DNA from: an uncultured Collinsella sp.
Lineage (GTDB): Bacteria; Actinomycetota; Coriobacteriia; Coriobacteriales; Coriobacteriaceae
NCBI GenBank assembly: GCA_900552385.1
Contig: URZI01000008.1
Coordinates: 13,640-77,639, forward strand
Direction: 5' to 3'
DNA length: 64,000 bases
The position numbers and the translations under genes were made by a program. Each line of letters opens with the position of its first letter. Position 1 is the first letter of the stretch. Below, piece after piece: positions 37,515 to 47,288 of the stretch. The notes beneath the pieces are model-generated. The model searched no databases. It had not been told where the DNA came from and worked only from the letters and a program-made list of their open reading frames with translations.

Positions 37515-40514
37515 ATGGTAAACGATTTGAGCGGTATAGACGACCTCGAGCTGATGCCGCTGGGCGGAGGCTATATGGTGCGACGCGAACGCTTGATGAA
37601 TGAGCTTATCGCCAAGGGCCGAAAGGCCGGCATCGTGGTTCTTTATGCGCCCGACGGGTTTGGGAAGACCTCGGTGCTGCTGCAGTACACCCATGAGGTT
37701 AAATGCGACCCGACGCGAGGCCCCGTGCGGATTATCGAGGCCGATCGCGCCATTGGGCGCGAGGTGTTTATGCAGCTCGAGGTGGTTACCGAAGAACTCA
37801 AAGACAAACCGCACTCCCTTATCGCGATTGATAATGTGCCAAACCTCGATCAGCACGATACCGAAGACCTCATCGACAGGATTCGCGGCCTGCGCGCTAT
37901 GGGGGTTGGGGTCTTTATCTCCTGCCGTCCTTCAAATCGTCAGCTGATTCATGGGCTGGGCGATTCGGTTAAGATCAATGCGCAGATGCTCAAGGTGCAT
38001 GCCTATGAGTATTCGGCGTGGGCATCGGCGTTTTCGATCAGCACATCGCTCGACTTCTATCAGCTCACGCAGGGCGTGCCCGAGCTCGTTTCGGCATTGC
38101 AGACGGGTCTGTATGGCCAAGGCGACGTAGCCGGCCTGCTCGAAAACGAGATTGTCAACGTATATGGCGCGGCACTTGCCGATCTGGCTTCGCTCGACAA
38201 TAATGCGCTGTTTTGCGTGGCATGTCTCATGGTTTTGATGGGCGAGGGCAATATCGCAGAACTCGAGGCTTGCGGGATGAGGCTGTCGATGGTCGACCAG
38301 TCCTATTTTGTACGCGACTACCCGATCTTTGGCTTGGATCCCGCCGAGCGGAGTTTTACGTGTCTGGGCACGGAGGATAACGGACGCTTGCGCTTGCGTA
38401 AGTTGGTGGCCGAGGTTCGCCCCGAACTTGTTCCGATGGCGGCCCGGATTTTGCTTAAGGCGGGCCGATGCGATGCGGCGATGGGCCTGGCGGACGCCTT
38501 TTTGGACCGTGAAGCGGTCCTTGAACTTGCTGGGCAGTATGGGGTCGATCTGGCTCTGACGGGGCACGGGGCCGATATCTGCCGAGCGGCGCTGGGCACG
38601 ATCGATGCCGACGATCCGGCTCCAGAGCCAACGCCTGCCGAAGCGCTTGGCGTATATCTGGCAGCGGTCAGCGTGTCCAATACAAAGCTCGCTCGCTATA
38701 TGGCATCGGTCATCGAGCGCGGGGGCGAACGGGCGGCCTGCGAAATAGACCCTGTTTCATGGAGGGTGGCCCAGACGCTGACGGCTGTTTGCTATGGGGA
38801 CAACGGGCTTGGGCTTCCTACGAACCTGGCCGTGCCAGAAATCGAGACATCCCATACCGCACTCGATATGTTGTCTGCGCATATCGAGGTCAAGCGGTGC
38901 CTGACCGAGCGGGGAGATGACGGCGGCGTTCTACAGCAGCTCAAAACGAGCAAGGCCTACGACTGCGAGCTCGACATCGCGAGGATTGTTATACGGGCCG
39001 ATAGCATGCTGGTGGAGCTCTTTGACGGGTCGTTTGCGGGAACCGACGAGCGCGACGACGAGATGACGGTGGTGCGGGAGGCGCTCGACGTACGTGGGCT
39101 TAAGGCGATGGCTATCTGGGTGCGCATGGTGTTGGCGGCACGGCGGCTCCTTTCCGGCTTGCCGGTAACCGACGACGCGGCGTTCAACGAGCTCGATCGT
39201 TTTGCCGTGCGCATGCGCGACAACCAGATTCAGCTGTTTGGCCTGTTGCTAGAAGGCTGGCAGTCGCTGGCAGAGGGACGGCCGGTTAATGCAAAGTTCC
39301 GTGCGGTCCAAGTGCTCAAACTTGCCGAGGAGTCGATTGGGTACATGCGCGATAACGCATTGCTGCTGGAGCGCGCGGCATATCTGCGTAACACCTCGAT
39401 GGTTTCGGTACGCGAGGAAGCGGAGCTACTCGATATAAGCCAGACGCAGGTTGGTGGCGCAGAAGCCTGGATGGTGGCGCTGCATTTGGCCTGTGCGGGC
39501 CGAGACAGCGATCTTGCGGCCTGGATGTCCATGAATCGTGCGGGGATTCTAGAGCCATCGTATCGGCTCTTTGCGCGCCTTGCCATGCATTGTCTGGGCG
39601 AGCCGGCGGCCAGGATACGCAAGAAGCTTCCCGTGCGCGAGCTGTCGCGGTACTCGCTGCGCGACGATTTGGAAGGGGAGGGCGAGCGCCTATTCCAGGC
39701 CGGCGAGGTTGAAGCCGTTGATACCATCGACCATATCGAGATTCGCATGTTTGGTGCGTTTCGCGCCGAGCGCGACGGGTTTCCCATCACGGACAAAATG
39801 TGGCGCCGCAAGAAGGCGGCGACGCTTGCCGAGCGGCTTGCGCTGGGCATGGATGCGCTCGTCGATCGTGAGACGCTGGCCATGGAGCTGTGGCCCCATG
39901 CCGAGTTCAATAGCGCCCGCAACAACCTGTACTCGACGATATCGCGCTTGCGGTCGGCTTTGGGACCGACGCCGGATGGCAAGTCGTGCGTGCTCATCCA
40001 AAATGAATGCATTGGGCTCAACGGCGACTACGTCAAGACCGATGTACGGCTGTTTGACCAGATAAGCCGCGAGGTTTTGGGAAATCGCACGGGTGCGCGC
40101 GGGCCCCATTTAGTTGAGCTGTGCCTTAAGATTGAGCAGCTTTATGCCGGACCGCTGTATGTTCCCAATGGCTGTAATCCCACCTACTTTTTGCGCATGC
40201 GGCGCATTATGCAGTCAAAGTACATCGATTGCATGATTAAGGGAGCAAATGCCGCTCTAGAAGAAAACGATCTGCAGTCGGCGATTTGGCTGGCGGAGTC
40301 GGGGCTTCGACAGGAAACGGCGCGTGAGGATATGGTGCGCTGCGCCATGCGCGTCTACAGTGCGGCGGGGCGGCGGCGCGATATCGTCGAGCTGTACAGC
40401 GGGCATATGCACCACCTGAGGGAGCAGGTCAATGGCGTGCCCGAGCCCGAGACGCGGCGTCTATACGAGCGCTTGGTGGAGGGGCGGCTCAATCGCGTGC
40501 TGGTCGAGCGATAA
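37515..40514 (+). CDS. Large MalT-like ATPase / SARP-BTAD transcriptional regulator
   Basis: N-terminal YAPDGFGKT; C-terminal IRMFG...LWP...ARNNLYSTISRLR and BTAD. Confidence 0.8.
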   Translation: MVNDLSGIDDLELMPLGGGYMVRRERLMNELIAKGRKAGIVVLYAPDGFGKTSVLLQYTHEVKCDPTRGPVRIIEADRAIGREVFMQLEVVTEELKDKPHSLIAIDNVPNLDQHDTEDLIDRIRGLRAMGVGVFISCRPSNRQLIHGLGDSVKINAQMLKVHAYEYSAWASAFSISTSLDFYQLTQGVPELVSALQTGLYGQGDVAGLLENEIVNVYGAALADLASLDNNALFCVACLMVLMGEGNIAELEACGMRLSMVDQSYFVRDYPIFGLDPAERSFTCLGTEDNGRLRLRKLVAEVRPELVPMAARILLKAGRCDAAMGLADAFLDREAVLELAGQYGVDLALTGHGADICRAALGTIDADDPAPEPTPAEALGVYLAAVSVSNTKLARYMASVIERGGERAACEIDPVSWRVAQTLTAVCYGDNGLGLPTNLAVPEIETSHTALDMLSAHIEVKRCLTERGDDGGVLQQLKTSKAYDCELDIARIVIRADSMLVELFDGSFAGTDERDDEMTVVREALDVRGLKAMAIWVRMVLAARRLLSGLPVTDDAAFNELDRFAVRMRDNQIQLFGLLLEGWQSLAEGRPVNAKFRAVQVLKLAEESIGYMRDNALLLERAAYLRNTSMVSVREEAELLDISQTQVGGAEAWMVALHLACAGRDSDLAAWMSMNRAGILEPSYRLFARLAMHCLGEPAARIRKKLPVRELSRYSLRDDLEGEGERLFQAGEVEAVDTIDHIEIRMFGAFRAERDGFPITDKMWRRKKAATLAERLALGMDALVDRETLAMELWPHAEFNSARNNLYSTISRLRSALGPTPDGKSCVLIQNECIGLNGDYVKTDVRLFDQISREVLGNRTGARGPHLVELCLKIEQLYAGPLYVPNGCNPTYFLRMRRIMQSKYIDCMIKGANAALEENDLQSAIWLAESGLRQETAREDMVRCAMRVYSAAGRRRDIVELYSGHMHHLREQVNGVPEPETRRLYERLVEGRLNRVLVER

Positions 40515-40583
40515 AAAACGGGCGCCCGAAGTACTTGGGCACCCGTAAGCTTGCTATGTGTTGGATCGCCGGATCATTGGCTC

Positions 40584-40883
40584 TTAGACGAGCTTGATCT
40601 TCTCGATGTCCTTGCGCGAGGACTCGCGATACAGTGAGAACTTGCGGCCGATGACCTGGACGACCTCGGCGTGGCAACGCTCGGCGAGCTCCTCGGCGGC
40701 CTCGCGGGCGGAAAGGCTGGAGCCATCGAGCACGGAGCACTTAACGAGCTCGTGCTTCTCCAGGTAGGCGACCGTCTGCTCGACGGTGCCCTCGTTGACG
40801 TCGGACTTGCCGATGATGATGGCGGGGTTGAGGTGATGGGCCATGCTGCGAAGCTGCTTGACCTGTGCTCCTGTCAGTGCCAT
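40584..40883 (-). CDS. yhbY: YhbY family RNA-binding protein
   Basis: LRSMAHHLNP...IGK...HELVK...VQVIGR. Confidence 0.92.
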   Translation of the reverse strand: MALTGAQVKQLRSMAHHLNPAIIIGKSDVNEGTVEQTVAYLEKHELVKCSVLDGSSLSAREAAEELAERCHAEVVQVIGRKFSLYRESSRKDIEKIKLV

Positions 40884-41041
40884 GGGTTCTCGCTTTCTAT
40901 GTATGGGGCGCCCCGCGACGGGGCCTTAATCTACGTGAGCTGTCCCACGATAGCGCAGGAACGGCGTGGTGTGGAGCGCGTTTGCCCAGTTCAAAAAGAA
41001 TGCGGATGCCGAGTGAGTGGGCGGTGCGGGCTGCGAACAGG

Positions 41042-41986
41042 CTATGAGCTGGGCGCAGAGACCGGCTCCCATGCAATAAACGCCCAACGAACCTTGCGGA
41101 CATGATCGAGCATATAGCGCCCCTGCGGCACGCCCTTGGAGCCCGGCTCACCGGCATGGGGATTCTCGATCATGTGCTGGGCGATGTAGTCGCGCAGACG
41201 GTCGACCTTATCCTCGTTGCCATGCTCAAGCATACGGGAGAAGTCTGCCACACCTGCCTCAAGGCTATCGAAGGTATCGCGACGAGGCGATTCAAAGTAC
41301 GTAACCTGCGGCAACGCACCCATCTGAATGAGGATGTTGAAGGCGTACACAAAGCCATTACTGCGGGTAACCGAGGCGCCGATGGCGTTCATCACGTGCA
41401 GGTCGTAGCGCGGGCTGGAGTTGGCGACCATCGTGACAGCACAACGCCGGCGAGCCGTGCGGTCGAGCTTGGCAAGCGCGCCTTTTAGGTTGGTCGTGGT
41501 GACAGAGCGACTGGCAAAGGCAACATCCACCGCTTTCGCGACCGGTCCAACCAAATCCCAATCATCATCCCAAGCAAGCTCAAGCGGCGTTATGCGCCCC
41601 TCGAGCCCATAGTACTCAATGCCAGCATCAAGGGTGCCCAACATGGCAGGAGAAAAATCAGCGGCAATCACAGGATGCCCGTCTTGTGCAAGTGGAATAG
41701 CAATCGACCCAGCCCCGCACCCCATATCGAGCACCGACTCACCAGGCTCAAGCGCCAACAGCTTTATAAAATCCCGCGCATACGGAGCAGTCTCCAGCGG
41801 ACGAAAATGCCGAGCCCGCTTATCCCACTCAAAAGAATCATCAGTCCGATGTCGAGCGGCCTGCAGGCGCATCCACTCCTGATTCCAATCAGCAGAAAGC
41901 AGCTCAGAGCGAGCAACCCCATCAACCACGGGCCAACCTCCTAGCAAAAAAGCGGCCCCTCCCAAAAGAAGAGCCGCAACAAGCAT
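41042..41986 (-). CDS. Class I SAM-dependent methyltransferase (true start probably downstream)
   Basis: VLDMGCGAG, ADFSPAML. Confidence 0.85.
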   Translation of the reverse strand: MLVAALLLGGAAFLLGGWPVVDGVARSELLSADWNQEWMRLQAARHRTDDSFEWDKRARHFRPLETAPYARDFIKLLALEPGESVLDMGCGAGSIAIPLAQDGHPVIAADFSPAMLGTLDAGIEYYGLEGRITPLELAWDDDWDLVGPVAKAVDVAFASRSVTTTNLKGALAKLDRTARRRCAVTMVANSSPRYDLHVMNAIGASVTRSNGFVYAFNILIQMGALPQVTYFESPRRDTFDSLEAGVADFSRMLEHGNEDKVDRLRDYIAQHMIENPHAGEPGSKGVPQGRYMLDHVRKVRWAFIAWEPVSAPSS

Positions 41987-42093
41987 ATATCAGAAAAAGA
42001 ACCGTTCCAACGCCAAACCGTCGTACCAGCCAAGTGGTGCAGGAGCGAAGCAACTGCAACCGGGGTAGAACCCAACTGAGGTCCCGTTGTGCG

Positions 42094-42227
42094 GGAGCTC
42101 CGGGGAGGGCAAATATATAAGGTCGATCGCGAGTTCCGCACGAGCCGGAGAGCACTTAATGTGCTCTCCGTGCGAGTCAGGACTGTCCGAGCAGGCGACC
42201 TTATATATTTGCCCTCCCCGGAGCTCC
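42094..42227. repeat. MITE/REP-like element with perfect 32-bp inverted repeats
   Basis: ggagctccggggagggcaaatatataaggtcg (42094-42125) and its exact reverse complement (42196-42227). Confidence 0.85.
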
Positions 42228-42244
42228 TCGCCAGTCCCCCTCAG

Positions 42245-43609
42245 CTAGTTCTTCAGCGAGTTCAGCGGTGCCGGGAAGCGTCCACCGCGGTGGGCAAGCA
42301 CGGTGCCGGCGTTGGGGTTCACCGGCATGATGGGCGCACGGCCAAACAGGCCGCCGTACTCGACGCAGTCGCCCACGCCCTTGCCGATGGCGGGAATCAC
42401 GCGGACGGCCGTGGTCTTGTTGTTGATGACGCCGATGGCCATCTCGTCGGCGATGATGCCGGCGATGGTCTCGACCGGGGTGTCGCCGGGGATGGCGATC
42501 ATGTCCAGGCCAACGGAGCACACGCAGGTCATGGCCTCGAGCTTCTCGAGCGAAAGCGCACCAGCTTCGACGGCGGCGATCATGCCGGCGTCCTCGGACA
42601 CGGGGATGAAAGCGCCGGAGAGACCGCCCACGCTGGAGCTGGCCATGACGCCGCCCTTCTTGACGGCATCGTTGAGCATGGCGAGCGCGCAGGTCGTGCC
42701 GGGGCCACCGCAGGTGCCCACGCCGATGATCTCGAGGATGCGGGCAACGGAGTCGCCGATGGCAGGCGTGGGAGCCAGCGACAGGTCGACAATGCCTTTC
42801 TCGACACCCAGACGGCGGGCTGCCTCACGGCTCATGAGCTCGCCGGCGCGGGTGATCTTAAAGGCGGTCTGCTTGATTTTCTCGGCAACCTCCATCATCG
42901 AGGCGGAGTCGGGGAGCGTCTCCAAGGCAGCAGCCATAACGCCGGGGCCCGAGACGCCAACGTTGATGACGGCGTCGGCCTCGCCACCGCCGTGGACGGC
43001 GCCCGCCATAAACGGGGAGTCCTCGACCATGTTGGCAAAGCAGACAAACTTGGAGGCGCCAACGGAATCCTGGTCGGCCGTGAGTTTGGCGGCATCGATG
43101 ATGGTCTGGGCGGCCATGAGCACGGCATCCATGTTGATACCGGCGCGCAGGCTGGCGACGTTTACGCTGGAGCAGACGCGGCTCGTGGTGGCGAGCGCCT
43201 GGGGGATGGACTGGATGACGCGGCGGTCGGCGTCACCGATGCCCTTCTGGACGAGTGCGGAGAAGCCGCCCAGGTAATCGATACCGAGCGTCTCGGCCGC
43301 GCGGTCGAGGGCATGCGCGATGGGGGTGAGGTCCTCATCCTTGCAGCACACGGCGATCTGGGCCACCGGGGTGACGGAAACGCGCTTGTTGACGATGGGG
43401 ATACCGTACTCGCGCTCGAGGTTCTCGGCGGTCTCGACCAGATGCTCAGCCGTGTGCGTCACGTGGTCGTAGATCTTCGTGCACATGCGGTCGAGGTTCT
43501 CGTCACCGCAACCCATGAGCGAAACACCCATGGTGATGGTCCTGATGTCGAGGTTCTGCTCCTCGACCATGCCGCGGGTTTCCGCGATTTCTGCGGGCGT
43601 GATCGCCAT
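42245..43609 (-). CDS. PFL-family protein (UPF0210/DUF711)
   Basis: [43 protein letters not shown]. Confidence 0.92.
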   Translation of the reverse strand: MAITPAEIAETRGMVEEQNLDIRTITMGVSLMGCGDENLDRMCTKIYDHVTHTAEHLVETAENLEREYGIPIVNKRVSVTPVAQIAVCCKDEDLTPIAHALDRAAETLGIDYLGGFSALVQKGIGDADRRVIQSIPQALATTSRVCSSVNVASLRAGINMDAVLMAAQTIIDAAKLTADQDSVGASKFVCFANMVEDSPFMAGAVHGGGEADAVINVGVSGPGVMAAALETLPDSASMMEVAEKIKQTAFKITRAGELMSREAARRLGVEKGIVDLSLAPTPAIGDSVARILEIIGVGTCGGPGTTCALAMLNDAVKKGGVMASSSVGGLSGAFIPVSEDAGMIAAVEAGALSLEKLEAMTCVCSVGLDMIAIPGDTPVETIAGIIADEMAIGVINNKTTAVRVIPAIGKGVGDCVEYGGLFGRAPIMPVNPNAGTVLAHRGGRFPAPLNSLKN

Positions 43610-43717
43610 CCTTGCGCTCCTATCTGCCAAAACGAGCATAGTCTTATCTATTCTAACGTGCCGCACGTGCCAAGTGGCGCGTGCGGCACGTTTTGGTGCT
43701 CGGTTGTTTCCGTTGTG

Positions 43718-46291
43718 TTACTGCCCAAAGACCTCTTCGGCGATACGAGCGCTCTCGGCGGCGTCCTTGGCGTAGTAGTCAGCGCCGATCTGCTTGGCGT
43801 ATTCGGGGGTGAGCACGGCGCCGCCTACGATGATCTTGACGCCCGGCACCTCGGCATGAAGCAACTTGATGGTCTCCTCCATGGCGACGACCGTGGTAGT
43901 CATAAGCGCCGAGAGGCCGACGAGTTTGATGTCGCGCTCCTTGACGGTCTTGAGTACCTCCTGCGGATCGACGTCGCGGCCCAGGTCAAAGACGGTGTAG
44001 CCGTAGTTGTCGAGCAGCATTTTGACGATGTTCTTGCCAATATCGTGGATGTCGCCCTTGACGGTGGCCACGCAGATCTTGCCCTTGTCGGCAATCTCGC
44101 CGGCGGGCATCAGGCGCTTGATGGTGTCGAAGCCCACGCGTGCGGCCTCGGCCGAGGCCATGAGCTGCGGCAGGAAGAACTTGCCCTGGTCAAAGAGGAC
44201 GCCAACCTCGTCGAGGGCGGGGATAAAGTGATTGTTGATGAGGTCCATGGCGTCGTGGTCTGCCAGTAGACGCTCGGTCTCGGCAGCGATCTCGCCTTTG
44301 CGACCCGAGACGACCATGCGACGAATCGGGTCGTCGTTGCCGTCGGCGCCGGCGGTGCCCGCGGCAGGCGCGGCATCACTCGATGCGGCCTGAGCTGCTG
44401 CCGGGTTTGCGGCGATCTTGTACGGATCGGTCCAGTCGGCGTAGCGCTCGATGTATCCGGTCGAGCCCTCGTCCTCAACGCTCAGGACGCGATAGCTGTA
44501 GACGGTATCCATAAAGCGCTTGGAGCCCGGGTTCATGATGGGGGCGTCCAGACCCGCGCCAAAAGCGGCGGCCAAAAAGACCGAGCCCAGCAGCGGGCGG
44601 GCAGGCAGGCCAAAGCTGATGTTCGACACGCCGAGCGCGCACTTGACGCCCAGACGCTCCTTGCACAGGGACATGGCGCGCAGGATCTGCTCGGCCTGGC
44701 GTTGATTGGTCGAGGCGGTCATGACCAGGCAGTCGATGAGGATGCGGTCCGGGCCGATGCCGTAACGGGCAGCCTCGGCCACGATGTGCTCGGCGATGGC
44801 GAAGCGAGCCTCGGCGGTATCGGGGATGCCGCCTTCGTCGAGCGTAAGGCCGACAACGTTGGTGCCGTAGTGGGCGACCAGCGGAAAGATCTCATCCATG
44901 ATCTGCTGCTTGCCATTGACCGAGTTGATGATGGGCTTGCCGGCGTAGCGGCGCACGGCGGCCTCGACGGCTGCGGGGTCGGTGGAGTCGATCTGCAGCG
45001 GCAGCAACGTGGAGCCCTGGAGCTGCTCGGTGGCCTGTTGGATGATCTTGACCTCGTCGATCTCGGGCAGGCCCACGTTAACGTCCAGGATGTCGGCGCC
45101 CTGTTCCTGCTGGCTGATACCCTGGCTCACGACGTAGTCCAGGTCGCCGTCGCGCAGGGCCTGCTGCAGGCGCTTTTTGCCGGTGGGGTTGATGCGCTCG
45201 CCGATGACGGCGATCTTGTGGCCGTCGCAGGGAAGGTCCACGACCGTTTGGGCGCTCGTGACCGACATGCTGGGCTTGCGGCGGCGCGGGCTGGGCGTGT
45301 GGTTATCGATAAGCGTGCGTAGCGCTGCCATGTGCGCCGGCGTGGTGCCGCAGCAGCCGCCCACGACGCTCACGCCGTCGGCGATCATGCCGGCGACGGC
45401 CTCGGCGTATTCGGGGGCCTGGATATCAAAGACGGTGTTGCCGTCGTCGTCCACATGGGGGAGTCCTGCGTTGGCCTGCACCATGATGGGTTTGTCGGTG
45501 ACGGTGAGCATGCGTGCGGCAAGACCGCGGAGCTCGGCCGGTCCCTGGCTGCAGTTGATGCCTAAAACGTCGGCGCCGATGGCGTCGAGCGTGATGGCGG
45601 CCACCTCGGGACTCGTGCCCAGAAACGTGCGGCCGTCTTCCTCGAAGGTCATGGTGGCAAAGACGGGCAGGTCGGAGTTCTCGCGGCAGGCGAGGACGGC
45701 CGCCTTGATCTCGGCAAGGTCGGTCATGGTCTCGATAATAAAGAGGTCCACACCCGCGGCGACGCCGGCGCGCACTTCCTCGGCAAAGAGGTCGTAGGCC
45801 TCGTCGAAGCTCAGAGTACCCAGGGGGCGAAGCAGCGCGCCGATGGGGCCGATATCGCCGGCGATGTAGCGGGCGCCGGCCTCGCGGGCACAGGCGACGG
45901 CCGCGGCAAAGACGTCTGCCACGGTGGCGGCACCGTCGAGCTTGTGGGCGTTGGCGCCAAAGGTGTTGGCGGTAATCACGTCGCAGCCGGCCTCGACATA
46001 TTGACGTTGGATATCAGTGATAACCTGGGGTTCCTCAAAGTTGAGCAGCTCGGGCAGGGCGCCCGCCTTCATACCAGCGGCCTGCAACATGGTGCCCATA
46101 CCGCCGTCGAACAGCAAGTGCCCCGTGCCCTCGATGGCGGCGCGCAGGCGATCGTCCTTAATGCGCAGATCGTCGATCGTGCGCGTCTTGTACGTGGCAC
46201 CGTTGCGACGTGCGGCGTCAACAGGCGCCGCCAGCGCGGCACCGTCCAGATCATGAGTGATAAGTATGTTTGAGCTATTCGCCATGTGCAT
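43718..46291 (-). CDS. metH: Cobalamin-dependent methionine synthase core (Hcy-, pterin- and B12-binding domains); start uncertain
   Basis: DGGMGT, GGCCGT, IGERINPTG, DIHDIGKN. Confidence 0.92.
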   Translation of the reverse strand: MHMANSSNILITHDLDGAALAAPVDAARRNGATYKTRTIDDLRIKDDRLRAAIEGTGHLLFDGGMGTMLQAAGMKAGALPELLNFEEPQVITDIQRQYVEAGCDVITANTFGANAHKLDGAATVADVFAAAVACAREAGARYIAGDIGPIGALLRPLGTLSFDEAYDLFAEEVRAGVAAGVDLFIIETMTDLAEIKAAVLACRENSDLPVFATMTFEEDGRTFLGTSPEVAAITLDAIGADVLGINCSQGPAELRGLAARMLTVTDKPIMVQANAGLPHVDDDGNTVFDIQAPEYAEAVAGMIADGVSVVGGCCGTTPAHMAALRTLIDNHTPSPRRRKPSMSVTSAQTVVDLPCDGHKIAVIGERINPTGKKRLQQALRDGDLDYVVSQGISQQEQGADILDVNVGLPEIDEVKIIQQATEQLQGSTLLPLQIDSTDPAAVEAAVRRYAGKPIINSVNGKQQIMDEIFPLVAHYGTNVVGLTLDEGGIPDTAEARFAIAEHIVAEAARYGIGPDRILIDCLVMTASTNQRQAEQILRAMSLCKERLGVKCALGVSNISFGLPARPLLGSVFLAAAFGAGLDAPIMNPGSKRFMDTVYSYRVLSVEDEGSTGYIERYADWTDPYKIAANPAAAQAASSDAAPAAGTAGADGNDDPIRRMVVSGRKGEIAAETERLLADHDAMDLINNHFIPALDEVGVLFDQGKFFLPQLMASAEAARVGFDTIKRLMPAGEIADKGKICVATVKGDIHDIGKNIVKMLLDNYGYTVFDLGRDVDPQEVLKTVKERDIKLVGLSALMTTTVVAMEETIKLLHAEVPGVKIIVGGAVLTPEYAKQIGADYYAKDAAESARIAEEVFGQ

Positions 46292-47288
46292 CCATTTCGT
46301 CTAGAGCCCACTGAGGAATTTCTATTTGAAGAGATTTGTCGGGCTCGATATCTTCGATTCGCTTGTTGTAGTGGGCAAGAAGCCGTGCGACATTTAATCG
46401 AATTAGGCCTCGCTTGTAGAACGATAACTCTTCAATATTGATGCCGATAAACGATTCGAGCGCGATAACCTGTACGCGATTGCCGAGTCCCTCACTTTCG
46501 AACAGTCCGTAAGCGAAGGAAACTTTATCGTTGGGGACAACGACGATGGGCCGAATGCCATTTCGAATGTTATCTCGGCATCGATCGGTCAATTTGGCCA
46601 TTGGCGATACAGTCACATGAAATGCAGCATCATTGATTTGGAAATCGCCAGAACGGTCTGTCTGCTGGTCGGCGGCGTTTGAGTTGTCCTTTCCGATTTC
46701 TATGGTTGGAAATAACATCTCTAGTTTTGCACCTACCAGGTGCTGTGCGACGGTACCCGTTGGCTTATCGGACCGTAGGCTTGCTTCGGCTAGGATATCA
46801 TCGACAATGACAGAAATTGGTTTTTGAAGATCGATTTCGACTTTGATTCTCTGCCGGTTAAAGAAATCGACCTGGATTCGCTCGACGAAGAAATTGGCGA
46901 TTGCATTCGCAGCTTCAAGACGAGTGTCTTCGCAAGTGTCACTGGGTAGGGCAGAGTTGATAATTGTGGCAAGCTCAAGCGCCATCGGGAGTGTGCCGCG
47001 TGAGGTTCTGCCGCCCTCTGATGCGAAGGCACGCGTTTCCCCATGTCTGGCTAAAACTGTTTTGATGCATGCTCCACTTAGGCCTCGTACTTGGCTCCCC
47101 TTGTCCGATTGCACATAATCGTCGGTGAGCGGAAAACGGTTTTGCAACAGCTCGCTTATGCCTATGCCAACCGCCATGACGTTACGGTTGACGTTGCCTC
47201 GCTTGCTGCGCTTGGATTCGTACCAGAGTTCAATGGCATCCAAGATGTCTTTATCGGGCTCGCTCAAGGAGCAATTGGTCATTTCCAT
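46275..47288 (-). CDS. DUF4928-like protein, putative restriction endonuclease
   Basis: EGGRTSRG, GTVAQHLVGAKL, ADQQTDRSGDF...FHVT; overlaps the methyltransferase 3' end. Confidence 0.65.
   Translation of the reverse strand: MEMTNCSLSEPDKDILDAIELWYESKRSKRGNVNRNVMAVGIGISELLQNRFPLTDDYVQSDKGSQVRGLSGACIKTVLARHGETRAFASEGGRTSRGTLPMALELATIINSALPSDTCEDTRLEAANAIANFFVERIQVDFFNRQRIKVEIDLQKPISVIVDDILAEASLRSDKPTGTVAQHLVGAKLEMLFPTIEIGKDNSNAADQQTDRSGDFQINDAAFHVTVSPMAKLTDRCRDNIRNGIRPIVVVPNDKVSFAYGLFESEGLGNRVQVIALESFIGINIEELSFYKRGLIRLNVARLLAHYNKRIEDIEPDKSLQIEIPQWALDEMDAHGE

Noticed and set aside
42089..44269. Long antisense ORFs (also 33635-35437, 50559-52583, 54238-55557, 60425-61741, 62774-63979)
   Set aside because: Shadow frames of well-supported opposite-strand genes in high-GC DNA.
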